Translations under genes and position numbers: made by a program | Shown: positions 36,345 through 46,154 of the stretch, one piece after another | How positions within the stretch are numbered: the first letter of the stretch is position 1 | Layout of the letters: each line of letters starts with the position of its first letter | Notes under the pieces: generated by a model | The model's input: only the letters and a program-made list of their open reading frames with translations | The model's database searches: none | What the model was told of the DNA's origin: nothing | Source of the DNA: an uncultured Candidatus Binatia bacterium | GTDB taxonomy: Bacteria; Desulfobacterota; Binatia; UBA9968; JAJDTQ01 | Length of the DNA: 64,000 nucleotides | Assembly: GCA_965213675.1 (NCBI GenBank) | Contig: OZ243916.1 | Coordinates: 2,912,001-2,976,000, forward strand | Direction: 5' to 3'

Positions 36345-38930
36345 CTACGGCACCTGCGCACCCACACGCACTTGGAGACGATCTCGGATCTCCTGGTAGA
36401 CAGGAACGCCTTGCCCGGTTTCAACGGTGACGGCAATTCCGTAGTTGATGTGCTGATCGAGTTTACCTGCCTGTTCCCTGCAAAAGATGTGCAACAGGAT
36501 TTGTCCGTCATCGACAAACGGTATCGCTTTATTGCCCTCGTATCGAGTATGGAACACCGTGCCGCGGGGAACCGATTTGTCGGACGGCTGGTCGCTCGAC
36601 CTTGCGACCCCGGCAGCGGCATCGAATTTCTTGGCTGGGCTGACTTCCAGCTTTGCCCTGCGATACGCTTGATGGCGCGGGTTAGTAGGCGAAAACCAGG
36701 CAGCGCTCACGGTAATGGCTCTCGGTTCCGTGACCCTTTCCAGGCTCGGCGGCAGAGGAATACGATGAATATTCGTGTCGCCGGCAGCAATGGTTCCGTA
36801 ACCCACCATTGTCGCTCGGTTCGGAGCACACTCCATCGCCTCTTCGATACGAGGAACGCCGTAGCCCAACAACCGGCTTACGTTGTCGAGACGCTCGACA
36901 TGTCGCCCTCGTCCGTGGGGGCCATAGAGGTCGTTCAACCGCGTCGCATGGCTTCCCCATTTCGTTCGATGAACAAGTAACGCCTTTATCACGACCGCAT
37001 AGAATCGTGGATCCATGTTTGCGAGCATGGATCCACCAGCCACGTCCATCAGAGCCTCGAACAAGCGATGCGCGGCGCGTGTCGCCAAGGCCGTGGCGGC
37101 ACTGGTCCCATTTATCGGCCTTGTGCGGTCGAGAGCTCCGGCAGGGTCCGGGCAAGCGGCGGCCAAACCGTATCGCCCCCCGGGAACGACGTTGAGCGGC
37201 CCGCCGCCTGACTGAAACCGCACATGTTCGCGACCGCCGGGTAGATGCAAGTCGGGCTTGATCACCTTGCGGTGGCCCGGGCCCAACGCGGAGCTGATGT
37301 TGGGCAAGTTCCCGTCTCGATAAGGATCCACGGCCATCGCGCCCCGCGACCCATCAAGCGTGTCTTCATGCGCCGCTCCGACTGTCACGACATTGAGCGC
37401 TTCCGCTGGAGACAGGAGGGTTCGGTACGCCTTTTGGTCGAACAGAGCTTGAAGCACCTTGCTCTCGCGCTTTTCCGCCGATGCGCCTTCAAAAGTCGTC
37501 CAATCGGAAAACCCGTCGATTGGAAGTGGTCGGTTCACGTTGCCGGCGCTTACCAGGAAGAGAATACCATATCGTTCGGAGAGATAGTCGAGGAGTCTTG
37601 CCCACGGGCTCATCGGACGGCTGAAGGGCCGTCTCGGGTCCCCCAGGGAGAGATTCACCAGGAACACTTCCGGAGCTGTCGCCGCGCCTTGCCCGTCCCC
37701 TTCCTTCATGCGCCTCACCGCGCGATATATGACGTCGACCAGAAGGCGATCCTGCCTCGGCTGCTCGTGGAGACCGTTTCCCGGCGCGTAGAGGACGGGC
37801 CGCACGTGGATCCTGCGATTGATCGAAGGTTGGCCAAGGTTTCGGTCGCCGTGCAGAATCAACGAGGCCATTGCGGTTCCGTGCTGGCGCTCAGCAACAG
37901 TGCTCATGGGTTCAAGGTTGTCCGCATCGTCGACATCCAGCCGTCCGTCCAGCAGGTGGTGGTTTTGCACCGGGATTCCGTCCAGCAACGCCGCTATCGG
38001 CGGAAGGTTCTCGGGAGGTTCGGTTGGATGAACGGGTTCGGCCTGTGGTGGGTCACCAGGTTCCGAGATATCGACCGAGGATTGCGGACGCAGGAACATG
38101 ACATCGTCGCAGATGGCCAAGGGGATCGCCTCACGGGAAATGAGACGGGTGATCTCGGAAGCCGGGAGGTCGATCAGGGCCGCGTGGTACCCAATCTCTT
38201 GAATGACCTGATGATCGATGATATTGCCGTTTGCACTAGACACCGCGGCTTCAAGTTGACGGTATGCCCCTTGTCTCAATGCATCGCTGTGGCGGAACCA
38301 CAGTTCAGCTTCAATCCGGCGGACTTCTCCCGAGTATTCCTCGAGTTCTTCCCTCCATTGCTCCGCAGTCTCGTCAGTGATTCGATCCGCCAATCCCCAC
38401 GGCCTGATGTCGCGCAGACTCGAAAAAATATCACGCCACCGAGTCAGCCCACGTGGGAGGGCTTCTCCGCTTTGCCACCGGCTCCAGAGCGATACCAACT
38501 GGTTCAAAGCGCCGACGTCGGGCATTGCCAGATACAGCCGGCCACCGACGTTCTTGTCCGTTCGACGCTCTCTCTCCCTACCCTGACGAGTGTCTTCCAC
38601 GAAGAAATCGTCGTCCGACTCAAACTCGATCTCTTCACCAGCGAGAAACTCCAGTCCCTCGACTTGTCCCGCCAGCGCGTAGAAATCGCCCACTGAGCCA
38701 ACGACCTCCAGGACGAGCGCACGCTCTGGCGCGATGCTCGATGGGTCATTGCGGAGTGATAGCTCGGCGGACTCCGATGACAGGACGTTCTGCAGGCGAT
38801 TGAATCTGGCTCCGAGACGTTGTCCTTGGCGTTCCTGGGACAGGCTACGGCTACTCGGTACGAAACGACTTGGCTGGGGTCGGATGCCCCGTTCGAACTG
38901 TGGGAGGGGTAGAAGTGGATACTCCGGCAT
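36345..38930 (-). CDS. S8 subtilase-family peptidase (IetS/Y4bN-like)
   Basis: Triad motifs ALLDGIP, QHGTAMASLILHGD, NGTSAATA; NLSLGD, LLSPAEALNVVTVGA, LLGYG. Confidence 0.9.
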   Translation of the reverse strand: MPEYPLLPLPQFERGIRPQPSRFVPSSRSLSQERQGQRLGARFNRLQNVLSSESAELSLRNDPSSIAPERALVLEVVGSVGDFYALAGQVEGLEFLAGEEIEFESDDDFFVEDTRQGRERERRTDKNVGGRLYLAMPDVGALNQLVSLWSRWQSGEALPRGLTRWRDIFSSLRDIRPWGLADRITDETAEQWREELEEYSGEVRRIEAELWFRHSDALRQGAYRQLEAAVSSANGNIIDHQVIQEIGYHAALIDLPASEITRLISREAIPLAICDDVMFLRPQSSVDISEPGDPPQAEPVHPTEPPENLPPIAALLDGIPVQNHHLLDGRLDVDDADNLEPMSTVAERQHGTAMASLILHGDRNLGQPSINRRIHVRPVLYAPGNGLHEQPRQDRLLVDVIYRAVRRMKEGDGQGAATAPEVFLVNLSLGDPRRPFSRPMSPWARLLDYLSERYGILFLVSAGNVNRPLPIDGFSDWTTFEGASAEKRESKVLQALFDQKAYRTLLSPAEALNVVTVGAAHEDTLDGSRGAMAVDPYRDGNLPNISSALGPGHRKVIKPDLHLPGGREHVRFQSGGGPLNVVPGGRYGLAAACPDPAGALDRTRPINGTSAATALATRAAHRLFEALMDVAGGSMLANMDPRFYAVVIKALLVHRTKWGSHATRLNDLYGPHGRGRHVERLDNVSRLLGYGVPRIEEAMECAPNRATMVGYGTIAAGDTNIHRIPLPPSLERVTEPRAITVSAAWFSPTNPRHQAYRRAKLEVSPAKKFDAAAGVARSSDQPSDKSVPRGTVFHTRYEGNKAIPFVDDGQILLHIFCREQAGKLDQHINYGIAVTVETGQGVPVYQEIRDRLQVRVGAQVP

Positions 38931-38937
38931 CGGCCAT

Positions 38938-39918
38938 CTAGGCTACGTCCCGCTGACGCGCCCTCCTCTTCCACACCTTTAGCTGCTCGGCGACGATCGC
39001 TTTCAGCGGTTTCTCGCCCATCGACAAGGCATGTCGTCGGCGCACGCCGCGACAGAACTCCTCCGCTTCCGCGTAGCTGATTTTGCCAAGTGACCTTGCC
39101 ATGGTCTCCGCGGCTATCCCCAAGGACTCATTGGACCTGTCCGCAAAGGCTTTTACATAGCGGCTGATGTCAGCCTGCGACGGCGCTGGCAATTCAAGCC
39201 GAAGTTGAAAGCGTCGCCAGACAGCGCGGTCGAGAAGTTCGGGATGGTTCGACGCCGTCACGACCACGGTGTATGTTGGCAGGTCGTCAACCTGCATGAG
39301 CAACGAAGTCACGACGCGTTTGATTTCGCCCGTTTCGTTGACGTCACCGCGTTCCTTGCCCACGGCATCGAACTCGTCAAAGAAGAGGACACATGGTGTC
39401 GTCCGGGCATAGTCGAAGACGCGCCTTAGGCGGCTCGCCGTTTCGCCGAGGAAACTGCCGATGATTGCGTCATAGCGGACTACAAAAAACTGAACCGCCA
39501 TCGCTTCTGCAATAGCCTCGGCGAGTGAAGTCTTCCCGTTGCCGGGCGGGCCGACCAGCAGGACGCGATGACGTGGCTCCAGGCTGTGGGAACGCAGCAA
39601 CCCGGCACGGTTCTGCTCCTCGACCAGCTCACGGCACGCCCGTTCACAGAGTTCTGGCAAAAAGAGCTCTTCAAGACGTTTTCGCGGCGTGACTTCCAGA
39701 AGGTAGTCTCGCGCACGCATGCTTGGTTCCATCGCAAGGAATCCCGTGTGGCGGCCGTTGCCGTTGTTTTTCAACGCACGTGCCAAGCGTTCGGCAAGGA
39801 CGTTGTGTTGTTTGGCACGCTCCTCCGCGATGATCGCTTCGACAGTCGACACCATTTCGTTCCGGTCACCGGAAGCACCGGCCTTGACTAGGGAAATGAG
39901 GAGGTCGCTACGAGCCAT
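38938..39918 (-). CDS. AAA+ ATPase (IetA-like)
   Basis: MARSDLL, GPPGNGKTSLAEA, SFLGETA, LFFDEFDAVGKER, GEIKRVV, LDRAVWRRF. Confidence 0.92.
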   Translation of the reverse strand: MARSDLLISLVKAGASGDRNEMVSTVEAIIAEERAKQHNVLAERLARALKNNGNGRHTGFLAMEPSMRARDYLLEVTPRKRLEELFLPELCERACRELVEEQNRAGLLRSHSLEPRHRVLLVGPPGNGKTSLAEAIAEAMAVQFFVVRYDAIIGSFLGETASRLRRVFDYARTTPCVLFFDEFDAVGKERGDVNETGEIKRVVTSLLMQVDDLPTYTVVVTASNHPELLDRAVWRRFQLRLELPAPSQADISRYVKAFADRSNESLGIAAETMARSLGKISYAEAEEFCRGVRRRHALSMGEKPLKAIVAEQLKVWKRRARQRDVA

Positions 39919-40129
39919 ACCGATTACTCCGTCGTTTCTCCTGCCGCTCAAGCTTCTCCGCAGCAGCTTCCAGCAACCAGTTGTTGCGGGAGATGGGCAC
40001 GTCTCTCGTCTCGATGTACCTATCGATCTGACGCAGCAACGCCTCCGGAAACCGCATCGTAACGGCTATCCTATCTTTTCCTTTGACCTGGTGTGCCGGA
40101 GTCAAGCGATTTCTCATAAAACGATCCAC
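39908..40129 (-). CDS. Small ribbon-helix-helix-like DNA-binding protein
   Basis: IAVTMRFPEALLRQIDRY...ISRNNWLLEAAAEKL; overlaps the ATPase start. Confidence 0.6.
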   Translation of the reverse strand: MDRFMRNRLTPAHQVKGKDRIAVTMRFPEALLRQIDRYIETRDVPISRNNWLLEAAAEKLERQEKRRSNRYGS

Positions 40130-40213
40130 CGACTAAACATGATGTCATTATGCCACCATAAGAAGTTCGGAAGAATCAATCAATAGCCGACGACCCCATG
40201 CTCCAGTACAAGG

Positions 40214-41722
40214 TCACCGGATGACCTCGGCTCGTCCTCCGGCTGGTGTCTGTACACCGGCCCTCCTCGCCAGGTCTAGGGCGTATCCCTCACCGCGCAC
40301 TTGTATGTGTGCGTAGTCCGTCCGTCGCGTGAGCCCCTCCACCAGCCACGTTACCGGCTCTGACTCGAAGGGATATTCCCGGGGCGGACCGGCCGCGCGC
40401 ATGGTGTCGATCTCGTCGCGGGTCAGGAAATAGCGCAGCAGCAGTTCCTCGTCCGAGACGCCGGGGCCGCCGTACCTGGAGCGCAGCTCTGGGAGGGTGG
40501 GCTCGGGCGGTTCCCACGCGGCCAGCTCCCGGGCGCGCGGGGACGCCAGGATGCGGTCCTTCACATCCGGGTCCATGGAGTCGCTCCCTTCCCGCCCCCA
40601 GCGCCCCAAGGCGTAGAGAATCACTTGGTCGGTGACGGACTTGTAGCGCTCGCCGACGATGATGTTGATGGCCGCCTGGCTGCCCACGAACTGGGACAAG
40701 GGCGTCACCATGATGGGGTAGCCCAGCTCTTCGCGCACCCGCACCACTTCTTCCATGGCCCGTTCCATGTGGCCGTCCAGGCCCACCCGCGCGAGTTGGT
40801 GGCGCAGGTTGGAGATCATGCCGCCCGGGACCTGGTGCAGGTACTGGTTGTAGTCGTATTCCACGGGCGCGCCGATGGGCAGGCCCTCGCGCCGGGCGAC
40901 CCCGGTGAAGTATGCGGAGACCGGCCGCAGCGCCTCTTCGTCCACCGCGGTTTCGTAGCCCAGGCTGCGGGCGTTGGCGGCGACATTGAACAGCGACGGG
41001 TTGGAGGAGCCATTGGCCAAAGGCGGCAGCGCGGTGTTGATGATGCGGATCCCCTGGCGAATGGCCTCCAGAGCGCACAACGGCCCGAGTCCGGTGGTGC
41101 AATGGGTGTGGAACTCCAACGGGATGTCGCCGATGTTCGCCTTGATGAGCGGCACCAGCGCGCGGGTACGGTCCGGCGTCAAGAGCCCTCCCGGGTCCTT
41201 GAAGCAGATACGCGCCACCGGCACCGTTGCCGCTTGGCGCGCGCGCTCGGCGAAGTATTCGTCGGTATGCTTGGGCGAAACCGAGTAGATGATATTGAGG
41301 ATCGGCTCGAGGCCGGCTTCGGTGGCGATGCGCACGGTCTTGCGCCACCCGGCGACGTCGTTCCATTCATCCGAGATGCGCCCCTGGCGCACGCCGTTGG
41401 CCGCCATGCGCTCCAGGAAAATGCGCTGGATGACCTCCGGGGTCAGCTCGAAGCCGTTGCGGCTGCCGATGATGACCCGGAGGGGCGTCTCCCGGATCTT
41501 CCCGGCCACCCGCCGGATGCGCTCCCAAGGGTCCTCGTGCAGTTCGCGCACGCACTTCTTGATATGCGAGCTGGACATGAGCTCCATGCCCCGGAAGCCC
41601 GCCCGGTCCATGCGCTCGCCCACGGCGAGCATCATCCCCGTGCGCATGGACTCCGCCCACAGGCTCTGGTGTCCGTCGCGGAGCGTCGTGTCGACGAATT
41701 CGATGGGCTCCGATTGAGTCAT
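40214..41722 (-). CDS. Pyruvate/oxaloacetate carboxyltransferase (PycB/OadA-like), no biotinyl domain
   Basis: DTTLRDGHQSL, EDPWERIR, FKDPGGLLTP, FHTHCTTG, HQVPGGMISNL, GYPIMVTPLSQFVGSQA. Confidence 0.9.
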   Translation of the reverse strand: MTQSEPIEFVDTTLRDGHQSLWAESMRTGMMLAVGERMDRAGFRGMELMSSSHIKKCVRELHEDPWERIRRVAGKIRETPLRVIIGSRNGFELTPEVIQRIFLERMAANGVRQGRISDEWNDVAGWRKTVRIATEAGLEPILNIIYSVSPKHTDEYFAERARQAATVPVARICFKDPGGLLTPDRTRALVPLIKANIGDIPLEFHTHCTTGLGPLCALEAIRQGIRIINTALPPLANGSSNPSLFNVAANARSLGYETAVDEEALRPVSAYFTGVARREGLPIGAPVEYDYNQYLHQVPGGMISNLRHQLARVGLDGHMERAMEEVVRVREELGYPIMVTPLSQFVGSQAAINIIVGERYKSVTDQVILYALGRWGREGSDSMDPDVKDRILASPRARELAAWEPPEPTLPELRSRYGGPGVSDEELLLRYFLTRDEIDTMRAAGPPREYPFESEPVTWLVEGLTRRTDYAHIQVRGEGYALDLARRAGVQTPAGGRAEVIR

Positions 41723-41763
41723 TGAGGTTTCCTTTCACTGGTGCAGGGAAACGGATTCACGTG

Positions 41764-43293
41764 TCAGCGCGGTTCCGCCGCGGCGTTGCGCCCGGCAATG
41801 CGGCCGAAGGCCAGCACCTCGGTGAGGTTGCTGGCGCCGGGATAGTTCTGGGACCACAGGGAGCCCAGCTCGCCGGCGCTGTACAGGCCCGGGATGGGGC
41901 GGCCCCAGGCGTTCAGCACCTGGGCGCGGGCGTTGCGGCGCGGGCCGCCCTGGGTGTTGAACAGGCTGGGCCACAGGGCGGCGCCGTAGAACGGGGGGTG
42001 CGCCAAGGGGCGCAACGTGTCGGGAGAGCGCCCGAGGGCTTCGTCCCGGCCGGTGGCGCACGCTTGGTTGTACTCGTTCACGGTCCGCTCCAGATCAGCG
42101 GGGTCGAGGCCCAGGGCGCCCGCCAGCGCGGTCGGGGTGTCGCCCTGCTTGATCCAGCCCCGGGCCACCTCGGCGGCGTTGTCCGCGCTCCAGCGGTTGT
42201 GTTCGGCCGCCGCGCAGTGCCGCGCGGTCGGCTCACGCAATGCCTCCAGGTTCTCGCTCCAGCGACAGGGATCGGTCACGGCGCCCCGGTCGGTGTTGGC
42301 CACGGGACCCGCCTTGCAAGTCGCGTCGTCGAAAACCACGAAGGAGGGAACCCGTGGCCGTTCCATGCTCTCCAGGTCCAGTTCCTTCACCAGCGAGCCC
42401 ACGGCGTGGGCGTCCATGGCGGTTTCGTTCACGAAGCGGCGCGCGCGCCGATCCACGTAGATGAAGCCGGGGCCGGGCATGGCGTGGATGATGGCGCCGT
42501 CGAAGCCGTCCACGCGGTAGCCGAAGCCCGCGGCCACAGCGTTCATGTGCCACAGGGACGCACCCGCGTCCGCGGCCAGGCGGATGCCGTCGCCGGTGTG
42601 GCCGGACGCGCCCAAAGACCAGAACCGCTGCCCCAGAAACTGGAGTTGCATGTCGGCGTCCTGCTCGTAGCCGCCGCAGGTCAGGATCACCGCCTTGCGC
42701 GCATGGATAACGATCTCCTCGCCCCCACGCCGTGCGGTGAGCCCGGTGACCGCGCCGTCGCCATCGCGCAGCAACCGCACCGCCGGGCACTCGAACAGCA
42801 CCGGAATGCCGCGCTCGTCGACGTTGCGCGCCAGCAGGTCCCACAGGTCCCGGCCGTTGGCGGTGGTGTCGCCCTTGACCCGGAGCCGCGGCCCGACGCC
42901 GTCCGCGCCGGGCTGCTCCGGCGAGGCGGCGCCGGTGGGATAGACGGGATAGCTCGCGGGCGCGGCCTGGAGCGGGTCTACCACCACGTCGCCGCCGAGG
43001 GAGCGCAGCCAGGGCTCGTTGTCGTGGCTCTCGCGCACCAGGGTCTCGATGACCTCCGGGTCCGTGGCGCCGCCGCACAGGAAGGTGATGTGCTCCACCG
43101 CCCGTTCCACCGCTCCGAAGGTACGCACCGAGCCGGCGGACAGCCGCGTGTTACCGCCGCCCGCGGCGGCCTTCTCCACGATCAGCACCTTGGCGCCCAT
43201 GTCGGCGGCGGTGATGGCCGCCGCGGCGCCGGCGCCGCCGTAGCCCACCACGGCCACGTCGGTTTCGCGGGACGACACCATGACCTTGCTCAT
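41764..43293 (-). CDS. FAD-binding oxidoreductase (FAD_binding_2; fumarate reductase/ketosteroid dehydrogenase-like)
   Basis: DVAVVGYGGAGAAAA, GGNTRLSAG, VILTCGGYE, HTGDGI, RFVNE, NTQGGP, IPGLYSAGE, FGRIAG. Confidence 0.92.
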   Translation of the reverse strand: MSKVMVSSRETDVAVVGYGGAGAAAAITAADMGAKVLIVEKAAAGGGNTRLSAGSVRTFGAVERAVEHITFLCGGATDPEVIETLVRESHDNEPWLRSLGGDVVVDPLQAAPASYPVYPTGAASPEQPGADGVGPRLRVKGDTTANGRDLWDLLARNVDERGIPVLFECPAVRLLRDGDGAVTGLTARRGGEEIVIHARKAVILTCGGYEQDADMQLQFLGQRFWSLGASGHTGDGIRLAADAGASLWHMNAVAAGFGYRVDGFDGAIIHAMPGPGFIYVDRRARRFVNETAMDAHAVGSLVKELDLESMERPRVPSFVVFDDATCKAGPVANTDRGAVTDPCRWSENLEALREPTARHCAAAEHNRWSADNAAEVARGWIKQGDTPTALAGALGLDPADLERTVNEYNQACATGRDEALGRSPDTLRPLAHPPFYGAALWPSLFNTQGGPRRNARAQVLNAWGRPIPGLYSAGELGSLWSQNYPGASNLTEVLAFGRIAGRNAAAEPR

Positions 43294-43414
43294 GGCGATG
43301 TCACTCTCATGGCGGCGTCACCCTCCTCCAACTTCACCGGCTTCCAATGCTGCACGTCCTTGGGGAAACGCTGATGGATTGCCCCTTGGACGGTGGCCTC
43401 CTTCGAAACGGCGT

Positions 43415-43538
43415 CCTTCGACTTCGCGCCGCTGGCGCGGCGCTACGCTCGGGACGAACGGTTGTAGGGCCCACTACCCGTTCGTGCTGAGCCCTTCGAC
43501 AAGCTCAGGACAGACCTTGCGGAGCGAAGTCGAAGGGC
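43415..43538. repeat. Interspersed palindrome, family B
   Basis: CCTTCGACTTCGCGCCGCTGGCGCGGCGCTACGCTCGGGACGAACGG...CCCTTCGACAAGCTCAGGACAG...GTCGAAGGG. Confidence 0.8.
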
Positions 43539-44588
43539 TCACTCCGGCTTCACCAGGCGTCCCTCTCGTACCAGCCGCTCGATGATCTTGCGCGCCTCGG
43601 CGCGGGTCTCGACAGTGTCCTGCAGCTTGCGGTCGCGCCAGCCGTCGTTGGGCCAGCGCTTGGCCTTGGCGTAGACGGGCGCGTACATGTCGCTGCGCAG
43701 CTCGATGAGGAAGTTCCACACGTGGCCCGAGTCGGTCATGCGCGTGCGCTCCCAGCGCAGGTTGTCGATATCCACCATGCCGGTGACCACCGCCTCGCCC
43801 GGGGCATCGGCCGACGCCTGCACGTGGCCCATGTAGTCGATGACCTGGGTCATGCCGCGGTAGCCGCCGGTGGGGCGGTTGGAGCCCACGAAGGCGCCGC
43901 AGTTGACCGACAGGAAGTAGCACAGGTTCTCGTAGGCGCGGGCGCGCCGGAGCACGTCCCAGGCCTCGCCCTCGGGCGCGTAGGGCTCGGCGGTGGGGTG
44001 GATCAGCACCTCCGCGCCGCGCAACGCCAGGCAGCGGGCCATCTCCGGGAACACCACGTCGGTGCAGGTGAGGCACCCCAGCCGGCCGATCTCGGTATCC
44101 GCCACCGGGAACATGGCGTCCTCGCCGTAGCGCTCGGTGTACTCGGTGTAGACATCGCCGGGTCCGGTGTAGGTGGTGTTGAGGTTGTTCGGCCCGTTGT
44201 TCTTCCGGTACTTGAGGACGATGTTGCCGTCCGGGTCGATGATGAAACTCGTGTTGAAGAGCCGGCCGGGCCAGTCGTCGTCGCGCTCGTAGAGGTTGCC
44301 GGCGATGTGGCAGCCGCGCTCCTTGGCCTTGCGGCCGATCTGGTCGGTGACGTCGCCGGGGATGGTCTCGGCCAGGGCCAGCCACTCGTCCACCGACCGC
44401 GGCCGGTACTGGCCGATGATGCCGTACTCCGAGAACACCGCCAGCTTCACGTCCCCCAGGCGCAACGCGGTCCAGTCCAACAGCTCGAAGATGCGCCCGA
44501 GGTTCTCGTCGATGATCGCGTTGCGCTCCTTCGGTTCGACGATGACGCGGGTCTGTTGCTGTATCAGTGCGACTCGATAGGGTCTCAT
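43539..44588 (-). CDS. Nitrilase/carbon-nitrogen hydrolase family protein
   Basis: Catalytic E-K-C context: VFSEY, FNTSFII...KYRK, DTEIGRLGCLTCTD, FPEMARCLALRGAEV, RARAYEN. Confidence 0.9.
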   Translation of the reverse strand: MRPYRVALIQQQTRVIVEPKERNAIIDENLGRIFELLDWTALRLGDVKLAVFSEYGIIGQYRPRSVDEWLALAETIPGDVTDQIGRKAKERGCHIAGNLYERDDDWPGRLFNTSFIIDPDGNIVLKYRKNNGPNNLNTTYTGPGDVYTEYTERYGEDAMFPVADTEIGRLGCLTCTDVVFPEMARCLALRGAEVLIHPTAEPYAPEGEAWDVLRRARAYENLCYFLSVNCGAFVGSNRPTGGYRGMTQVIDYMGHVQASADAPGEAVVTGMVDIDNLRWERTRMTDSGHVWNFLIELRSDMYAPVYAKAKRWPNDGWRDRKLQDTVETRAEARKIIERLVREGRLVKPE

Positions 44589-44646
44589 GAGGCCTCCAAC
44601 GTTGTGTCAATACTCCGCTCGGAAGAGAAATGGCACGCACGACCCG

Positions 44647-44754
44647 AATCGTCATTCCCGCGGAAGCGGGAATCCAGGGGTGGGGAGGGGCAAACGGCGT
44701 CGCTTCCCGGCCCCACCACCCCTGGATTCCCGCTTCCGCGGGAATGACGATTCG
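44647..44754. repeat. REP-like palindromic element, family A
   Basis: GAATCGTCATTCCCGCGGAAGCGGGAATCCAGGGG ... CCCCTGGATTCCCGCTTCCGCGGGAATGACGATTC. Confidence 0.9.
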
Positions 44755-44850
44755 TAACGGTTCCGTCTCACGAGTTTTGACACAGCCTGTTTCGAGGAGA
44801 TGACGATACGGGGCGTCGGCCTCACCCCGTGCTCACGCGGAGTCCTGGCA

Positions 44851-45015
44851 CTAGTGTGGTGTCTGGATAACTCGCGTCATAAACTGCGGGTTTTTTTCGC
44901 CGTCGGCTGCGTTGCTCTTCCTTGCGTGGTACCCGCCACTGCTCGTCATCGCGCCTTGCCGACGACAAAAAATCCTCCGCAGATTATGACCCGAATCAAC
45001 CAGACACCACACTAG
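44851..45015. mobile_element. Family C MITE (165 bp, CTAG-bounded, ~39-bp imperfect terminal inverted repeats)
   Basis: CTAGTGTGGTGTCTGGATAACTCGCGTCATAAACTGCGG ... CCGCAGATTATGACCCGAATCAACCAGACACCACACTAG. Confidence 0.85.
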
Positions 45016-45914
45016 CGCCATGTGCTGTTCACCGTCTCCAGGTACCACTCCGCCATTTCCTCGCGCTTGGGATACCACACTCCGTCGAAGGATTTCACGT
45101 AGTCCACGAACTCGCGCAGGGCGCGGATGGCGTAGGCCTGGCCCATGACGTGGGGGTGCATGCCGACGTTCATGATGCGGCCGCTGTCGGCGCCTTCGAG
45201 GTAGAGCTGGTCGAACTGTTCCTTGAACAGGTCCAGCGCCTGGGAGGTGGTGCGGCCGCCGCGGGAGAACACGGCAAAGTCGTTGACGTCGTTGGAGTAG
45301 GGGATGCACACCAGCGGTCCGTGGCGGGTGTTCAGTAGATAGGGCTGGTCGTCGTTCAGGTAGTCCGCCTGGAACAGCAGGCCCAGCTCCTTCAGGATGT
45401 GGGGCGTCTCGTGGGTGCTCCGGAGCGACGACGACAGCCATCCCCGGGCCGGCCGCCCCACCGTTTCGGCATACACGTCCAGAGTGCGGCGAATGATCTC
45501 GCGCTCCTGGTCCGGCTGGTAGGCGTAGTAGGTGAGCACGTCGTTCTGGGCGTAGTTGTGCGCCAGGATTTCCCAACCGCGCTCGTTGACCGCATCGATG
45601 ATGCGCCGGCGCTCGATACCCGTGAGCGCGTTCATGGTGCAGGTCGCCGGCACCCCGGCCTTGTCGAACACGTCGATGATGCGCCACACGCCCACGCGCT
45701 GGCCGTACTCCCGCCAGGTCCAGTTGGCGTAGTCCGGGACGTTGCCCGGCACCACGTGGGGAATGGTCGCCGGCCCGCCGGGATAGAGTGGCTCCTTGGT
45801 GTCGCGGGTGATCTCCCAGTACTCGATGTTGATGGTGAAGATCATGGCCACCCGCGCGCCGCCGGGCCAACGCAGCGGCGGTCGGTCGGGAAAGGCGACG
45901 TAGTCGTAGAGCAT
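45012..45914 (-). CDS. Polysaccharide deacetylase family protein (PuuE-like)
   Basis: RPPLRWPGGARVA, INIEYW, WREYGQRVGVWR, WEILAHNY, ARGWLS, NDDQPY, IPYSNDVND, MHPHVMGQ. Confidence 0.9.
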   Translation of the reverse strand: MLYDYVAFPDRPPLRWPGGARVAMIFTINIEYWEITRDTKEPLYPGGPATIPHVVPGNVPDYANWTWREYGQRVGVWRIIDVFDKAGVPATCTMNALTGIERRRIIDAVNERGWEILAHNYAQNDVLTYYAYQPDQEREIIRRTLDVYAETVGRPARGWLSSSLRSTHETPHILKELGLLFQADYLNDDQPYLLNTRHGPLVCIPYSNDVNDFAVFSRGGRTTSQALDLFKEQFDQLYLEGADSGRIMNVGMHPHVMGQAYAIRALREFVDYVKSFDGVWYPKREEMAEWYLETVNSTWR

Positions 45915-46154
45915 GGGAAGCTCCTTTCGGGGTTGGGATCGGATTCGGGCAGGGTAGCATTTCCCTGCCCCCGCGTCCTGAGCCACGGTTCCTCTGCCAG
46001 GGCCGGCTCCATGCGGACAGGGCATCCGCTGCGCTGCGTCAGGTTACGCGGTTTGCGGGCATGACCGACGTGAACCCTGGAAACAGATCACAAGCGGTCG
46101 ACGGTTGCGCACGCACGCCAACACGCGCACAATGACCATGGAGGTGCGAAAACC

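Noticed and set aside
43317-43378. Short minus-strand piece HQRFPKDVQHWKPVKLEEG* that looks like a gene C-terminus
   Set aside because: Too short to assign and has no start; possibly a remnant cut by the family B repeat.
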